From assembly GCF_051903065.1 (NCBI RefSeq), contig NZ_CP178438.1: DNA of 64,000 nt; one strand, 5' to 3'. Positions 1-14,764 of the stretch are shown here, piece by piece (the first letter of the stretch is position 1; every line of letters starts with the position of its first letter). The notes under the pieces were generated by a model that did not search any database, had not been told where the DNA came from, and saw only the letters and a list, made by a program, of their open reading frames with translations. A program made the position numbers and the translations under genes. Origin of the DNA: Escherichia coli (GTDB lineage Bacteria; Pseudomonadota; Gammaproteobacteria; Enterobacterales; Enterobacteriaceae).

Positions 1-982
<982 letters not shown>

Positions 983-1010
983 TTAGTTACTGCAGTAGAG
1001 GATTTTTTAC

Positions 1011-1250
<240 letters not shown>

Positions 1251-1305
1251 GGCCTTTGGCAACGATTATCTTATGAGATTGGGGCAATTACGCGCCCTCG
1301 TCAAA

Positions 1306-4300
1306 TCATTGCGCTTTTTCTTTACGCGGTTGGCGCAACACTTCGTTGATTTGCGGATCGTCCAGCGGACCCGAAATGTGATAGCGCAAAATGGAGACTT
1401 TGCTCCACAGCGGCCCCAGCACTTTACTGGCGGCAAACACTGCCGCGCCAACAATGGGGTTAACCGCAAAAGCCGCAGCCACGCCCACCGTCGCAGAAAT
1501 CTCTGGTGCGACAACCGCTTCCATATTCAGGTCGCGACGTACCAGATTTACCGACCCTTTCATGGCGATATCCGCCTCCAGGCCATCCACCAACGTGTCG
1601 TCGGTGTGCATAACGCCGTCTTTAATCCACGCGGTGCTGCGAATGGAGTCAAAATAGAACCCTTCGCCAAAAGTGTCTCTGAAATCAAAACGCAGCTTAC
1701 GCATCAGGGCATCTACGCTCAATAAGCGCAGCAATTGCCCGGCATGTCCGGTATTGATTTCGGTAATTTCGCCTTTACCCAGTTGAGTATGAATGATGCC
1801 ATTCAACGTCGCCTCATCTGGCTGCCACGGTGCTTTACGCCAGTGTAAATCGTAATCCACATTAAATGACGACTGCCGTATGGGCGTCGTGACACCAAAA
1901 AATTCTGCGGCGGCATCAATTTTCTGCCCGCGCAGTTTTCCTTTCAGCGAGGTACGTTCATTCCCCGGATTATTAACCCATTCACCATCGGCAGTAAGCC
2001 GCGAGAAACCGGTATCAATCAGTCCATTGGTCAGCGTTAATGTATCGCCAGAAATGGTGAGATCACTGTCAATACGACCGAATTTTTGCCCCCAGAACCA
2101 GCACTCTGCGCATCGTATTTGTGCGTCCGGCCAGCCACGGAAGTTAATGCGCTCCGTTGTCGGGAAAGGTGATGACGGTGTTGAATCACCACGAGTTTTC
2201 GCCACGCTCGGGTTGTAATAAAGATATTTGATATTCGCCAGCCACGGCGCGTTATTACGCATCGCTAGCGTGGCGTTGATTTCACGCCCTTGCGCCTCAA
2301 CCTGGGTGCCATTTGCCGTCGGTTGCGAAACAATACTCAGGTTATTCCATTGCTGATTTCCCAGTGACAACATAGGCGTACGTAACGTTATGTGTTGTGG
2401 GAAACTCGCTGCACCACCGACACTCTCCGCCGCGCCTTTCTGGAACAGGGCCAGCCACTCGGCACCATTCATCGGCGGCATATTGAGTTCAACGCCACTT
2501 TGTTCCGGCAACGGCGGGAGCGTTTTACTGTCTGCCGCCCAAATAGCACGGTCGAGCGTCAGCTTTTGACCGAGCAACCAGCGGCTATTGAAATGATTAT
2601 CCGCACCAGCCTGTCCGGTTAATTCAAAGCTGTTGAGATTGCCATCAACCTTAACGTTTACCGCTAGTGGTTCGCCCGCAGGTTTGGCTAACGGTGAAGG
2701 TAAGTGACTGCTCACATTCTTCAGATCGCCGTTCAGCTCTACGTTATAGGTCGCGCCAGCATGATAAGGCAGATCAATGCCCACTTTACCATCCCACGCC
2801 ACGCTGCCACTCAATGCTTCGTTCACCGCTTCAGGCAGAACGCCGGTTTTCGCCGGTTGCCAGTTACCGTTGAGGTTTACCGCTACCTGGTAGGCTTTTG
2901 CCCCTTCTTTGGTGGAAAAATCCACGTTCAACGGCTGATTAAACCAGCTTGCTGTCAGCGGTTCACTTTGCAGATCGCCATTGATAAAGCTGAATTTACC
3001 GCTCAAATTTTTCAGGGTGCTGTCGAGTGGTTTGATAAACAGACTGTTATTACGCAGCGTCACTTCACCTTTCGCGGTTACCAGCTCGCCGTTCAGCGGG
3101 ATATCAAGATGTAAGCGAGCATTCACATCGCCGTCGAGCTGGAGTTCTTGCAGGGTCGCACCCAGAGAATCTTTCAGCGGTGTCTCATCAAAGTAAGGGC
3201 CAACGGCTTTACCCGGACCTTTAATGTCAGCGTCAATCAGCAGTTTTTCTTTTGAGTAGTCAGGGATCACTGCGGTGAGATTACTCGCGCGCACGCCGCC
3301 CAGATTAACGCCATCGGTTTTCATCCATAAACCGTCGTTAATAAAGTCCAGTTCAATATCAAAGTTAGTTAATGCAGGCCAGTCCGGCTGGAAGGCAAAC
3401 TTCGCGTTGCGCAGCGGCACCAGCACTTCAAACTGACCTTCGTTGTGTTTATAGGGGAAGAGTTGCGGATTGCCACCATAAACCAGCGTCGCGTTATCCG
3501 CTTCACCGCCCTGAATCGCGCCACTTAAGTAATCAACCAGGTCTTTACCCATCAAGTTTTCCGGGAAATAGCGCCAGGCTTGTGAACCATCATCGGTACT
3601 GATGCCAGCCAGAATACCCAGCCAGGGTTCATCGTTAGCAGGTTGCAGGTAACGAAAACCGCCGCGCGCATGGACGGCTTTGGCTTTAACGTCAATATTA
3701 CGCCCATCCAGCTGGAAACCTTTGTCATTGTTCAGCCAGCTTATAGTTGCCTGGCCGTCGGCGATTTCCAGTGGCGCACGGAATACCGTTTCGTAAGGCA
3801 TCTTTGCCTGCTTCATCGACGCGGTAAGCAAACCATTTTCAACGCTGCCGGAAAGCGTCCCGGAGAAGTGTTCCGCACCCGGTAATAATTTCCATTGCTT
3901 CCAGGCCAGATCGCTCCACGATGCCTGAAAACGGGTCTTGTCTGCCGCCTGAAGCGGGATATCCAGCGCCAGAGTGTTAATCTTGCCGCTCGGTTGTGTG
4001 GAGCGCCAAACATCACCCAGTGCAGGTGAAAGTTTCGCGGCCAGCGGGCGTATGCCCTCCAGGCCTGCCAGCTCCAGATTACTGGCGCGAATCCGGAGTT
4101 CGTCACTGCGTTTATTGTCTTTGCCGCCAACGTCCTGTTCCGGTATCCAGGCCAGCGTCAATGCTCCGCTCGGCCAGGGTTTGCCGTCCATCGTGATCCG
4201 TGTATCGGGAATAGAGAACTGCCATCCCGGATTTTCACGCGTAATATGCGCGGTCAGATTATCCACCGACAGCGTATGCGTTTCCTTCTCGCCCAACCAG

Positions 4301-5106
4301 CTGGCACCGCCCTGTTTCAGCCAGACGTCGCCACCGGTTACATCGCCTTTATCGATCGTCATCCAGCCTTCAAGGGAGAACTGCGCCGTTTCCAGCGCAA
4401 TATTGTCCTGCATCCATTTACCGAGCCACGGCTTCAGGTCGATGTCATCCGCCTGGAGCCAGACGCGACCATTGCTTAACAACCCCTCATCATCGCGCAA
4501 ATCCATGCGCACCTGCATTACGCCGTGCTGTCCGGTAAGGCTGGAGAGGCTTACCTGGCCTTCCGCACGGTGTCGACGAGGATCGTTCAGCCAGGTGAGT
4601 TGTGGGATCGCCAGCTCGGCGCGCTGACCGGATGGCGTCAGGAAACTGACTTCACTGTCGCGGAGATCGAAATGGTCAAATTGACGAAGAAACAGATCGC
4701 TGATGTGACTGGCTTCCAGACTGTCATCGCTACCACCGCTGGTGATAGGAGTGTTGGTGCGAAAGCGCAGCTGCCAGAAAGTGAGATCGCGAAACTGCCA
4801 GCGCATATGTAACAGGCTCTGCCAGACATCCAGCGCCAGAGTAACGCGTTTAACCGAAAATTCGCCGCCATCTTTTAGTTCTGCACGGATGTCGTGTGCT
4901 TCAAGCGTCGGGCCAAAATTCTGCCAGCTGGCTGAGAGCTGACTGGCTTCAACCGGCATGCCAGTCGCGGATTCTATTTTGTTGAGGATTTCCGGACGCC
5001 AGGCGTCAAGATGCGGTAAAGCAATACGCAGGCCGCTAACCAGCAGGGCAGCGATCACAACGAGCGCGGCTCCAGTAAGCAGTAAAATCCCCGGCAATCG
5101 CCTCAC
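1306..5106 (-). CDS. yhdP: AsmA-like envelope protein YhdP (1266 aa)
   Basis: ORF-track 1266-aa ORF, N-terminus MRRLPGILLLTGAALVV, GTG start; size and sequence match YhdP. Confidence 0.9.
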   Translation of the reverse strand: MRRLPGILLLTGAALVVIAALLVSGLRIALPHLDAWRPEILNKIESATGMPVEASQLSASWQNFGPTLEAHDIRAELKDGGEFSVKRVTLALDVWQSLLHMRWQFRDLTFWQLRFRTNTPITSGGSDDSLEASHISDLFLRQFDHFDLRDSEVSFLTPSGQRAELAIPQLTWLNDPRRHRAEGQVSLSSLTGQHGVMQVRMDLRDDEGLLSNGRVWLQADDIDLKPWLGKWMQDNIALETAQFSLEGWMTIDKGDVTGGDVWLKQGGASWLGEKETHTLSVDNLTAHITRENPGWQFSIPDTRITMDGKPWPSGALTLAWIPEQDVGGKDNKRSDELRIRASNLELAGLEGIRPLAAKLSPALGDVWRSTQPSGKINTLALDIPLQAADKTRFQASWSDLAWKQWKLLPGAEHFSGTLSGSVENGLLTASMKQAKMPYETVFRAPLEIADGQATISWLNNDKGFQLDGRNIDVKAKAVHARGGFRYLQPANDEPWLGILAGISTDDGSQAWRYFPENLMGKDLVDYLSGAIQGGEADNATLVYGGNPQLFPYKHNEGQFEVLVPLRNAKFAFQPDWPALTNFDIELDFINDGLWMKTDGVNLGGVRASNLTAVIPDYSKEKLLIDADIKGPGKAVGPYFDETPLKDSLGATLQELQLDGDVNARLHLDIPLNGELVTAKGEVTLRNNSLFIKPLDSTLKNLSGKFSFINGDLQSEPLTASWFNQPLNVDFSTKEGAKAYQVAVNLNGNWQPAKTGVLPEAVNEALSGSVAWDGKVGIDLPYHAGATYNVELNGDLKNVSSHLPSPLAKPAGEPLAVNVKVDGNLNSFELTGQAGADNHFNSRWLLGQKLTLDRAIWAADSKTLPPLPEQSGVELNMPPMNGAEWLALFQKGAAESVGGAASFPQHITLRTPMLSLGNQQWNNLSIVSQPTANGTQVEAQGREINATLAMRNNAPWLANIKYLYYNPSVAKTRGDSTPSSPFPTTERINFRGWPDAQIRCAECWFWGQKFGRIDSDLTISGDTLTLTNGLIDTGFSRLTADGEWVNNPGNERTSLKGKLRGQKIDAAAEFFGVTTPIRQSSFNVDYDLHWRKAPWQPDEATLNGIIHTQLGKGEITEINTGHAGQLLRLLSVDALMRKLRFDFRDTFGEGFYFDSIRSTAWIKDGVMHTDDTLVDGLEADIAMKGSVNLVRRDLNMEAVVAPEISATVGVAAAFAVNPIVGAAVFAASKVLGPLWSKVSILRYHISGPLDDPQINEVLRQPRKEKAQ

Positions 5107-5173
5107 CCGTCACTCCTTGTCTGCTAAATATGTGACTCAAAAACCCTTTGCCGGATGGCGGCCCAGCATCTGT

Positions 5174-6643
5174 TTACATCATTACGACGTCAAACTGCTC
5201 CTGGTTATAGAGCGGTTCAATTTGTACTTTAACCTGTTTACCAACGAAAATTTCCACTTCCGCCAGCGAGTGTGACTCTTCGCCTTTCAAGGCTTCAGCT
5301 ACTGCCGGAGAAGCATAGACCAGGAAACGGTCGGAGTCGTAAGCATGGTGTACACGAACAATCTCGCGCATGATTTCATAGCATACCGTTTCCACGGTTT
5401 TCACCGTTCCGCGACCGTGGCAGGTTGGGCATTCGTTACACAGTACGTGCTCAATGCTTTCGCGGGTGCGTTTACGCGTCATCTCCACCAGCCCCAGCGC
5501 CGAAAAACCATTAACGCTGGTTTTCACCCGGTCTTTGCTCAACGCCTGCTCCAGCGAGTGCAGCACTCGGCGGCGGTGATCTTCATTATTCATATCGATG
5601 AAATCAATAATGATAATCCCGCCCAGATTGCGCAACCGTAACTGGCGAGCGATAGCCTGCGTCGCTTCAATATTGGTATTGAAAATGGTGTCGTCAAGAT
5701 TGCGATGACCGACAAACGCTCCGGTATTGATGTCCACGGTGGTCATCGCTTCGGTCTGGTCGATAATCAGATAACCACCGGATTTCAGTTCTACTTTGCG
5801 TTCCAGCGCTCGCTGGATTTCGTTTTCGACATCAAAGAGATCGAAAATCGGCTGGCGTCCGGTGTAATGCTCCAGCTTGCTGGTCATCTCGGGAATGTAC
5901 TCCGAGGTGAACTCAAGTAATGCTTCGTAAGTCAGGCGTGAGTCAACGCGAATGCGGTCCAGTTCGGCATCGGCGAAATCACGCAGAACACGCTGCGCCA
6001 GCGCCAGTTCGCCGTACAGCTGATAACGGGTCTGCGGGCGTTTTTTACGCTCCATAACTTTGGTCCAGACGCGTTTCAGATAAGCGGCATCGGAGGCCAG
6101 TTCAGCCTCGCCAACCCCTTCCGCTGCGGTACGGATGATAAACCCGCCCTGCTCGTCGCAATACTCTGCGACCACTTTTTTCAGGCGTTCACGTTCTGAT
6201 TCGCTTTCAATACGTTGGGAAACACCAACGTGAGAAGCCCCTGGCATAAAGACCAGATAGCGAGAAGGCAGCGTGATATCGGTGGTCAGGCGCGCCCCCT
6301 TAGTGCCAAGCGGATCTTTCACCACCTGCACCATCAGATCTTGCCCCTGACGAACCAGTTCCGAGATGTCGCGCACCGTGAATTGCTTTTGTTCTTCACC
6401 CGCCACACATTCGGTGTGCGGCATGATGTCAGATGCATGAAGAAACGCGGCTTTATCCAGCCCAATATCTACAAAAGCCGCCTGCATACCCGGAAGTACA
6501 CGACTTACACGACCCTTGTAGATATTGCCTACTATTCCGCGTCGCGCCTCACGTTCAATATGAATTTCCTGCAGAATACCGCCATCAATATACGCCACTC
6601 GCGTTTCCGAAGGCGTTACGTTTACTAACAATTCAGCCGTCAT
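5174..6643 (-). CDS. rng: Ribonuclease G
   Basis: 495-aa ORF; start moved to internal ATG giving [22 protein letters not shown] (489 aa), the RNase G N-terminus. Confidence 0.9.
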
Positions 6644-7226
6644 GTTTATCCCTTTTCTCACGCAGTGCGTTAAAATTACTTAATAATTCATACGTTTCAA
6701 CCAGCGGTAAGCCGACTACGGCGTGATAGCTGCCATTTATCTTCCTGACAAAACAGCCACCCAGCCCCTGAATACCGTATGCACCTGCTTTATCTAACGG
6801 TTCACCGCTGGCGACATAGCCCGCGATGTCTTCGTCTGTTAACGTTCTGAAAGTCACATCGGTGATCACCAGGCAATCGAGAATGTGCTGGCTGTCGGCC
6901 AACGCCACTGCCGTCATCACCTGATGGGTCTGACCCGATAATTTGCGCAACATCTGCGCCGCATGCTCTGCGTCACGCGGTTTCTCCAGCACTTCTCCGT
7001 TCAGGATAACGATAGTATCCGCACCCAGCACCGGGAGATCCTTCGCCGTTTGCGCGACACCTGCCCGTGCTTTCTCGCGCGCCAGACGCACAACATACTG
7101 TTGCGCGCTCTCCTGCGGCTGACGCTGCTCCTCAATGCCCGTAACAATACGTTCAAAGGTCACGCCAAGTTGCGCAAGTAACTCCTGACGACGCGGAGAA
7201 CCGGAAGCTAAATACAGAGAAGTCAT
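6633..7226 (-). CDS. yhdE: Maf-like nucleotide pyrophosphatase YhdE
   Basis: 197-aa [20 protein letters not shown], Maf family; sits upstream of rng as in the mre-maf-rng cluster. Confidence 0.85.
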   Translation of the reverse strand: MTSLYLASGSPRRQELLAQLGVTFERIVTGIEEQRQPQESAQQYVVRLAREKARAGVAQTAKDLPVLGADTIVILNGEVLEKPRDAEHAAQMLRKLSGQTHQVMTAVALADSQHILDCLVITDVTFRTLTDEDIAGYVASGEPLDKAGAYGIQGLGGCFVRKINGSYHAVVGLPLVETYELLSNFNALREKRDKHDG

Positions 7227-7234
7227 AGAAACCT

Positions 7235-8826
<1,592 letters not shown>

Positions 8827-8891
8827 AAGTTATGCGTATTCTCGTATCAGACCAGGCAGGGTAAACAGACGCTTCCCCTGCCTGCATCCGA

Positions 8892-10061
<1,170 letters not shown>

Positions 10062-10239
10062 TTACAAATCTCTGCCTGAGTCCAGAAAGGCTTAATGCAT
10101 CAGCAGCATTCCTCGCCTGTTTGCAACCGCATAAGGTCATTCATCTGCATATGTGCTGCAACAATCTGGCGAGCAGACAAGCACACTCCCATGAGACGCA
10201 GCGCGCGTTATTCTACGTGAAAACGGATTAAACGGCAGG

Positions 10240-12180
10240 TTAAACCGAGTATCTTTGTGAATATTTTTTCACGTTAGTATCAAGTGGCTGTGAGGACGCG
10301 AAAAAATCCCCTTGCCCGCCTGTAACACCGCGCTGAATCAGGGTCTGCCACTCGCTTCGCGAACGCACACCGGTGGCGTAAACTTGGGTGCTGGTCCCTG
10401 AGCAGGCTTCCACCAGGCTTTGAACCAGCAGCTGGTTCTCCGTTCGCTTCTCAATGTTTCTGACCAGCCCCGGATGGAGCTTGAGTAACTCAACATTAAG
10501 TTCTTTGATCCAACTGGTGCTTACCAGCGTCAAACCAGCCTGGTTGACGGCTACCCGTACCCCTAAAGCATTCACTAAACGAATAACAGGTTGTAAACGA
10601 CTGATATGTTGACCTACATCGGCCTCTGCAAGTTCAATAATTATGCGTTTTCGTTGTGATTTTTCACATTGCATTAACGTATCGCGCAGCCAACGCTGAA
10701 AACGCGGGCGAATCAGCGACTCAACGGTAACCTGAATCGCCAGATTTTCCTCTGGCCAGTAACGCAATAGTGGAATAAGACGGCTGATTTGCAGACGGTC
10801 ATACTCTTCCGATAAGCCAAACTGCAAGACCATCGGCATATACTCCGCCGAGCTAACCTCTTCATTACCATCGAAGATGCGGCACATGAGTTCGCGATGA
10901 TGAACCTGACCTTCGCGAGTAACCGCCGGTTTTTGATAAAGGCGCGGGCCGCCGCGACTGAGCATTTGCTCGATAAGCGTACGCCAGCGAACATTACCGC
11001 GTCCTTTTTCAGGCAACGAGTCATCGTAAATAGCCCAGCTATTGCCGCCCTGCAATCCCGCATTACGCGTGGCAGACTCTGCATGTTCCATTACCTGCTC
11101 GGTATCCTGACCACTACGCCAGGCGCAGATACCAATGTGGATCATATCGTCGCGATCGAGCATTTTATTGTTCGGCAAGGTATCGACGGCTTTGATTAAC
11201 TGACCGGCGATGCTCTCTGCCTCTTTTAACGTCCGGTGCGGTAACAGCGCAGCAAAATCACTGCGGTGGTAACGCGCCAGCAGTGCGCCAGGGTAGCGCA
11301 TCATAAATGTCGACAGCAGATTCGTCAGAGTGAAGAACTGTTCTTCAACCTGGCTGTGCCCCCAGGTATCGCTCAACATATTGAAATCCGGCAGACGAAT
11401 CATCATCACGATCCCGTGGGTACCTACTTTCTCCTGATCTTCCAGTAACGTTGCTAACTGATTATCGAAAAAGAGTCGGTTATTCAGGCCGGTTTTCACG
11501 TCCTGTGCGGCATAAGAGCGGATCAGCGTATCAAGACGGCTGTGTTGTTCGCGTGCGTTCTGAATTTCACGAAGCAGCGTATCCAGCGCACTGCTGGTTC
11601 TGGGCGGCCATTCATAGATGGTTCCCAACACATTAGAGCCACGCTCACCGTTTAAGATACGAGTAGCCCGGGTTTCCAGCAATTCTTGCCCGGCAAGTTG
11701 CCGTTGTAACCAGCGTACCGCCAGAAAGAGCATAAGAATGATAAAGCCAATCGCCCCTGTGAGCGGCGCGGTGGTCATCAACGAATGGAAATAGTTGCCC
11801 ATCGGATCCTGATAAACCAGACGCAACGACATCCCCGGATGCTTTATCAACGGAACGCTCAGTTCACGAAACAGATCGCTGGTGCCAACCGGACGATAAC
11901 TACCATTTCTGGCCAGGGTATAAACCTGCTTATCACCATGGAGCAGGTCTACACGAACGATATCTGCCGACATCATTAATTCGGTAATTTGTGGCCTTAA
12001 TGCGCTGAAGTCATTCGACACAAGGTGGGTATCAATCGCCGTCGCCACCGCCTGAACGCGATGACTAAACTTATACTGAATGGCGTTGTAGAAACTTAGC
12101 GAACAGCCCAGCAAAGTCACAAAAATTGTTAACCCGGTGAGCAGCGTAACAAAGGCCGAAAATTTCGTCGTTAATCTCAT
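10240..12180 (-). CDS. csrD: CsrD, regulator of CsrB/CsrC sRNA decay (degenerate GGDEF-EAL protein)
   Basis: 646-aa ORF MRLTTKFSAFVTLLTGLTIFVTLLG; size and sequence match CsrD. Confidence 0.9.
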   Translation of the reverse strand: MRLTTKFSAFVTLLTGLTIFVTLLGCSLSFYNAIQYKFSHRVQAVATAIDTHLVSNDFSALRPQITELMMSADIVRVDLLHGDKQVYTLARNGSYRPVGTSDLFRELSVPLIKHPGMSLRLVYQDPMGNYFHSLMTTAPLTGAIGFIILMLFLAVRWLQRQLAGQELLETRATRILNGERGSNVLGTIYEWPPRTSSALDTLLREIQNAREQHSRLDTLIRSYAAQDVKTGLNNRLFFDNQLATLLEDQEKVGTHGIVMMIRLPDFNMLSDTWGHSQVEEQFFTLTNLLSTFMMRYPGALLARYHRSDFAALLPHRTLKEAESIAGQLIKAVDTLPNNKMLDRDDMIHIGICAWRSGQDTEQVMEHAESATRNAGLQGGNSWAIYDDSLPEKGRGNVRWRTLIEQMLSRGGPRLYQKPAVTREGQVHHRELMCRIFDGNEEVSSAEYMPMVLQFGLSEEYDRLQISRLIPLLRYWPEENLAIQVTVESLIRPRFQRWLRDTLMQCEKSQRKRIIIELAEADVGQHISRLQPVIRLVNALGVRVAVNQAGLTLVSTSWIKELNVELLKLHPGLVRNIEKRTENQLLVQSLVEACSGTSTQVYATGVRSRSEWQTLIQRGVTGGQGDFFASSQPLDTNVKKYSQRYSV

Positions 12181-12331
12181 CCTTGTGTTAACTCCGATAG
12201 TGAGGAAGCGGGCATACTAGCAAATCAGATTTATCTCGCAATTTATTGCGCTTCATCGGCTTTGCTTTTCCATTAGCGAGTATAGTCTTCAGAAATTATT
12301 TTCCAATCCATCATGCACATGAGGACCACTT

Positions 12332-13306
12332 ATGCAGGCGTTACTTTTAGAACAGCAGGACGGCAAAACTCTCGCATCAGTACAGACTCTGGACGAAAGT
12401 CGCCTGCCGGAGGGCGATGTCACGGTCGATGTTCACTGGTCGAGCCTGAACTATAAAGATGCGCTGGCGATTACCGGTAAGGGAAAAATCATCCGTAATT
12501 TTCCGATGATTCCTGGGATCGATTTTGCCGGAACTGTACGCACCAGCGAAGATCCGCGTTTTCATGCCGGTCAGGAGGTGTTACTCACTGGCTGGGGCGT
12601 TGGTGAAAACCACTGGGGTGGGCTGGCGGAGCAGGCGCGAGTGAAAGGTGACTGGCTGGTTGCCATGCCGCAAGGGCTGGACGCGCGTAAAGCAATGATT
12701 ATCGGTACTGCCGGTTTTACCGCCATGCTGTGTGTGATGGCGCTGGAAGATGCCGGTGTTCGCCCGCAGGACGGGGAGATTGTCGTGACGGGTGCCAGTG
12801 GTGGCGTCGGCAGTACCGCCGTGGCGCTGCTGCATAAGTTGGGTTATCAGGTCGTTGCCGTTTCCGGTCGCGAAAGTACCCATGAATATCTGAAAAGTTT
12901 AGGTGCCAGCCGTATTCTCCCTCGTGATGAGTTTGCCGAATCCCGTCCTCTGGAAAAACAAGTCTGGGCTGGGGCAATTGACACTGTTGGCGACAAAGTG
13001 CTGGCAAAAGTGCTGGCGCAAATGAATTACGGCGGCTGCGTGGCGGCCTGTGGTCTGGCGGGTGGTTTTACTCTGCCAACCACGGTCATGCCATTTATTC
13101 TGCGTAATGTCCGTTTGCAAGGGGTGGATTCAGTAATGACGCCACCAGAACGCCGCGCACAAGCCTGGCAGCGACTGGTCGCCGATTTACCGGAATCATT
13201 CTATACCCAGGCGGCAAAAGAGATATCTCTGTCAGAGGCACCGAACTTTGCCGAGGCCATCATTAATAACCAGATCCAGGGTCGCACGCTGGTGAAGGTT
13301 AACTAA
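12332..13306 (+). CDS. acuI: Acrylyl-CoA reductase / zinc-type alcohol dehydrogenase-like protein
   Basis: 324-aa ORF MQALLLEQQDGKTLASVQTLDESRLPEGDVTVDV, MDR-family fold. Confidence 0.85.
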   Translation: MQALLLEQQDGKTLASVQTLDESRLPEGDVTVDVHWSSLNYKDALAITGKGKIIRNFPMIPGIDFAGTVRTSEDPRFHAGQEVLLTGWGVGENHWGGLAEQARVKGDWLVAMPQGLDARKAMIIGTAGFTAMLCVMALEDAGVRPQDGEIVVTGASGGVGSTAVALLHKLGYQVVAVSGRESTHEYLKSLGASRILPRDEFAESRPLEKQVWAGAIDTVGDKVLAKVLAQMNYGGCVAACGLAGGFTLPTTVMPFILRNVRLQGVDSVMTPPERRAQAWQRLVADLPESFYTQAAKEISLSEAPNFAEAIINNQIQGRTLVKVN

Positions 13307-13985
13307 CCATTTAGCAAGGAATAATAAGAGAGGGAACTCATTTTGAAATCATTATTCAATCGGTTAACGGGAAAAGCGGTTAGCCGGACAGCTTTCGTCG
13401 AACACCTTGGTCATGAAGTTGTACAACATCATCCAAACTGGAAAGTCATGATTTCGACTGACCATAAATTGATGCGCATTGATACTCCACTAAACAGCTA
13501 TTATTGATACGCCTCCGTCGCCTGTTAGGTTTATGGTGCTTTGCCTGGGCGACGCTACGCTTAACCTGTTACTGATTTCTGGTACCATGGGGTGAATAAT
13601 CTGATTTTATTTGGCTACAAATTAACCACTCGAACCTATTTAATGCTGAGCATTGTCAGTCGGTTAATTTTGCGTGCTTTAGCATTCACATCTATCCAGA
13701 CGATGCAGTGAAAATTGGGTAATCCCCAGCAACCGCTGCGTAATGTCGTCTATCTTGTCGCGATCCTGGCATCCCTACATTATTTGTGGTCTGTGAAGAT
13801 TATCTCATTGCAGCCCCTCATCTTCGCAGGGCTGGCTTTACAGCTTTTCACCTTACGTTATAAGAAGTTCCGTCGATGATGGCGCTAATTTCGTGAATTG
13901 TGCGGCTTGTTGCAAATTACACGGTGTTGAAGGTTATTTACATGTTAGCTGTTGATTATCTTCCCTGATAAGACCAGTATTTAGC

Positions 13986-14012
13986 TGCCAATTGCTACGA
14001 AATCGTTATAAT
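13986..14012 (+). promoter_or_regulatory. Candidate sigma70 promoter for accBC (-10 TATAAT at 14007-14012)
   Basis: Perfect TATAAT about 270 nt upstream of accB ATG; -35 not clearly assignable; accBC is known to have a long leader. Confidence 0.3.
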
Positions 14013-14283
14013 GTGCGACCTCGTCCTCCCTGACGCAGTTTTTGCGCTGCGGAAAAGGTGACATTGGCGCAACGAAGGTATATTTTGTTTTTTGCCGGAG
14101 GATAGCAGCAGATCGCTGCACAATGTCCGTCAAGTCTAACATTGACACTCTGGGGCAAAATAGACCGGCGTCCCGGCCTGCTGGAATTTATCGCTATGCA
14201 TACAGCTGTCGGGGCATACGCTTTACAGACGGCGGTGAAACGCCTGTCACAATCACACTAAACAAAGAGTACGGAACCCACTC

Positions 14284-14754
14284 ATGGATATTCGTAAGAT
14301 TAAAAAACTGATCGAGCTGGTTGAAGAATCAGGCATCTCCGAACTGGAAATTTCTGAAGGCGAAGAGTCAGTACGCATTAGCCGTGCAGCTCCTGCCGCA
14401 AGTTTCCCTGTGATGCAACAAGCTTACGCTGCACCAATGATGCAGCAGCCAGCTCAATCTAACGCAGCCGCTCCGGCGACCGTTCCTTCCATGGAAGCGC
14501 CAGCAGCAGCGGAAATCAGTGGTCACATCGTACGTTCCCCGATGGTTGGTACTTTCTACCGCACCCCAAGCCCGGACGCAAAAGCGTTCATCGAAGTGGG
14601 TCAGAAAGTCAACGTGGGCGATACCCTGTGCATCGTTGAAGCCATGAAAATGATGAACCAGATCGAAGCGGACAAATCCGGTACCGTGAAAGCAATTCTG
14701 GTCGAAAGTGGACAACCGGTAGAATTTGACGAGCCGCTGGTCGTCATCGAGTAA
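14284..14754 (+). CDS. accB: Biotin carboxyl carrier protein of acetyl-CoA carboxylase
   Basis: 156-aa [31 protein letters not shown] with Ala/Pro linker and EAMKMMN biotinylation motif. Confidence 0.95.
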
Positions 14755-14764
14755 CGAGGCGAAC

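Noticed and set aside
3974-4627. 217-aa plus-strand ORF inside yhdP
   Set aside because: Antisense to the 1266-aa yhdP frame; Ser/Pro/Arg-rich low-complexity translation typical of an out-of-frame GC-rich antisense read.
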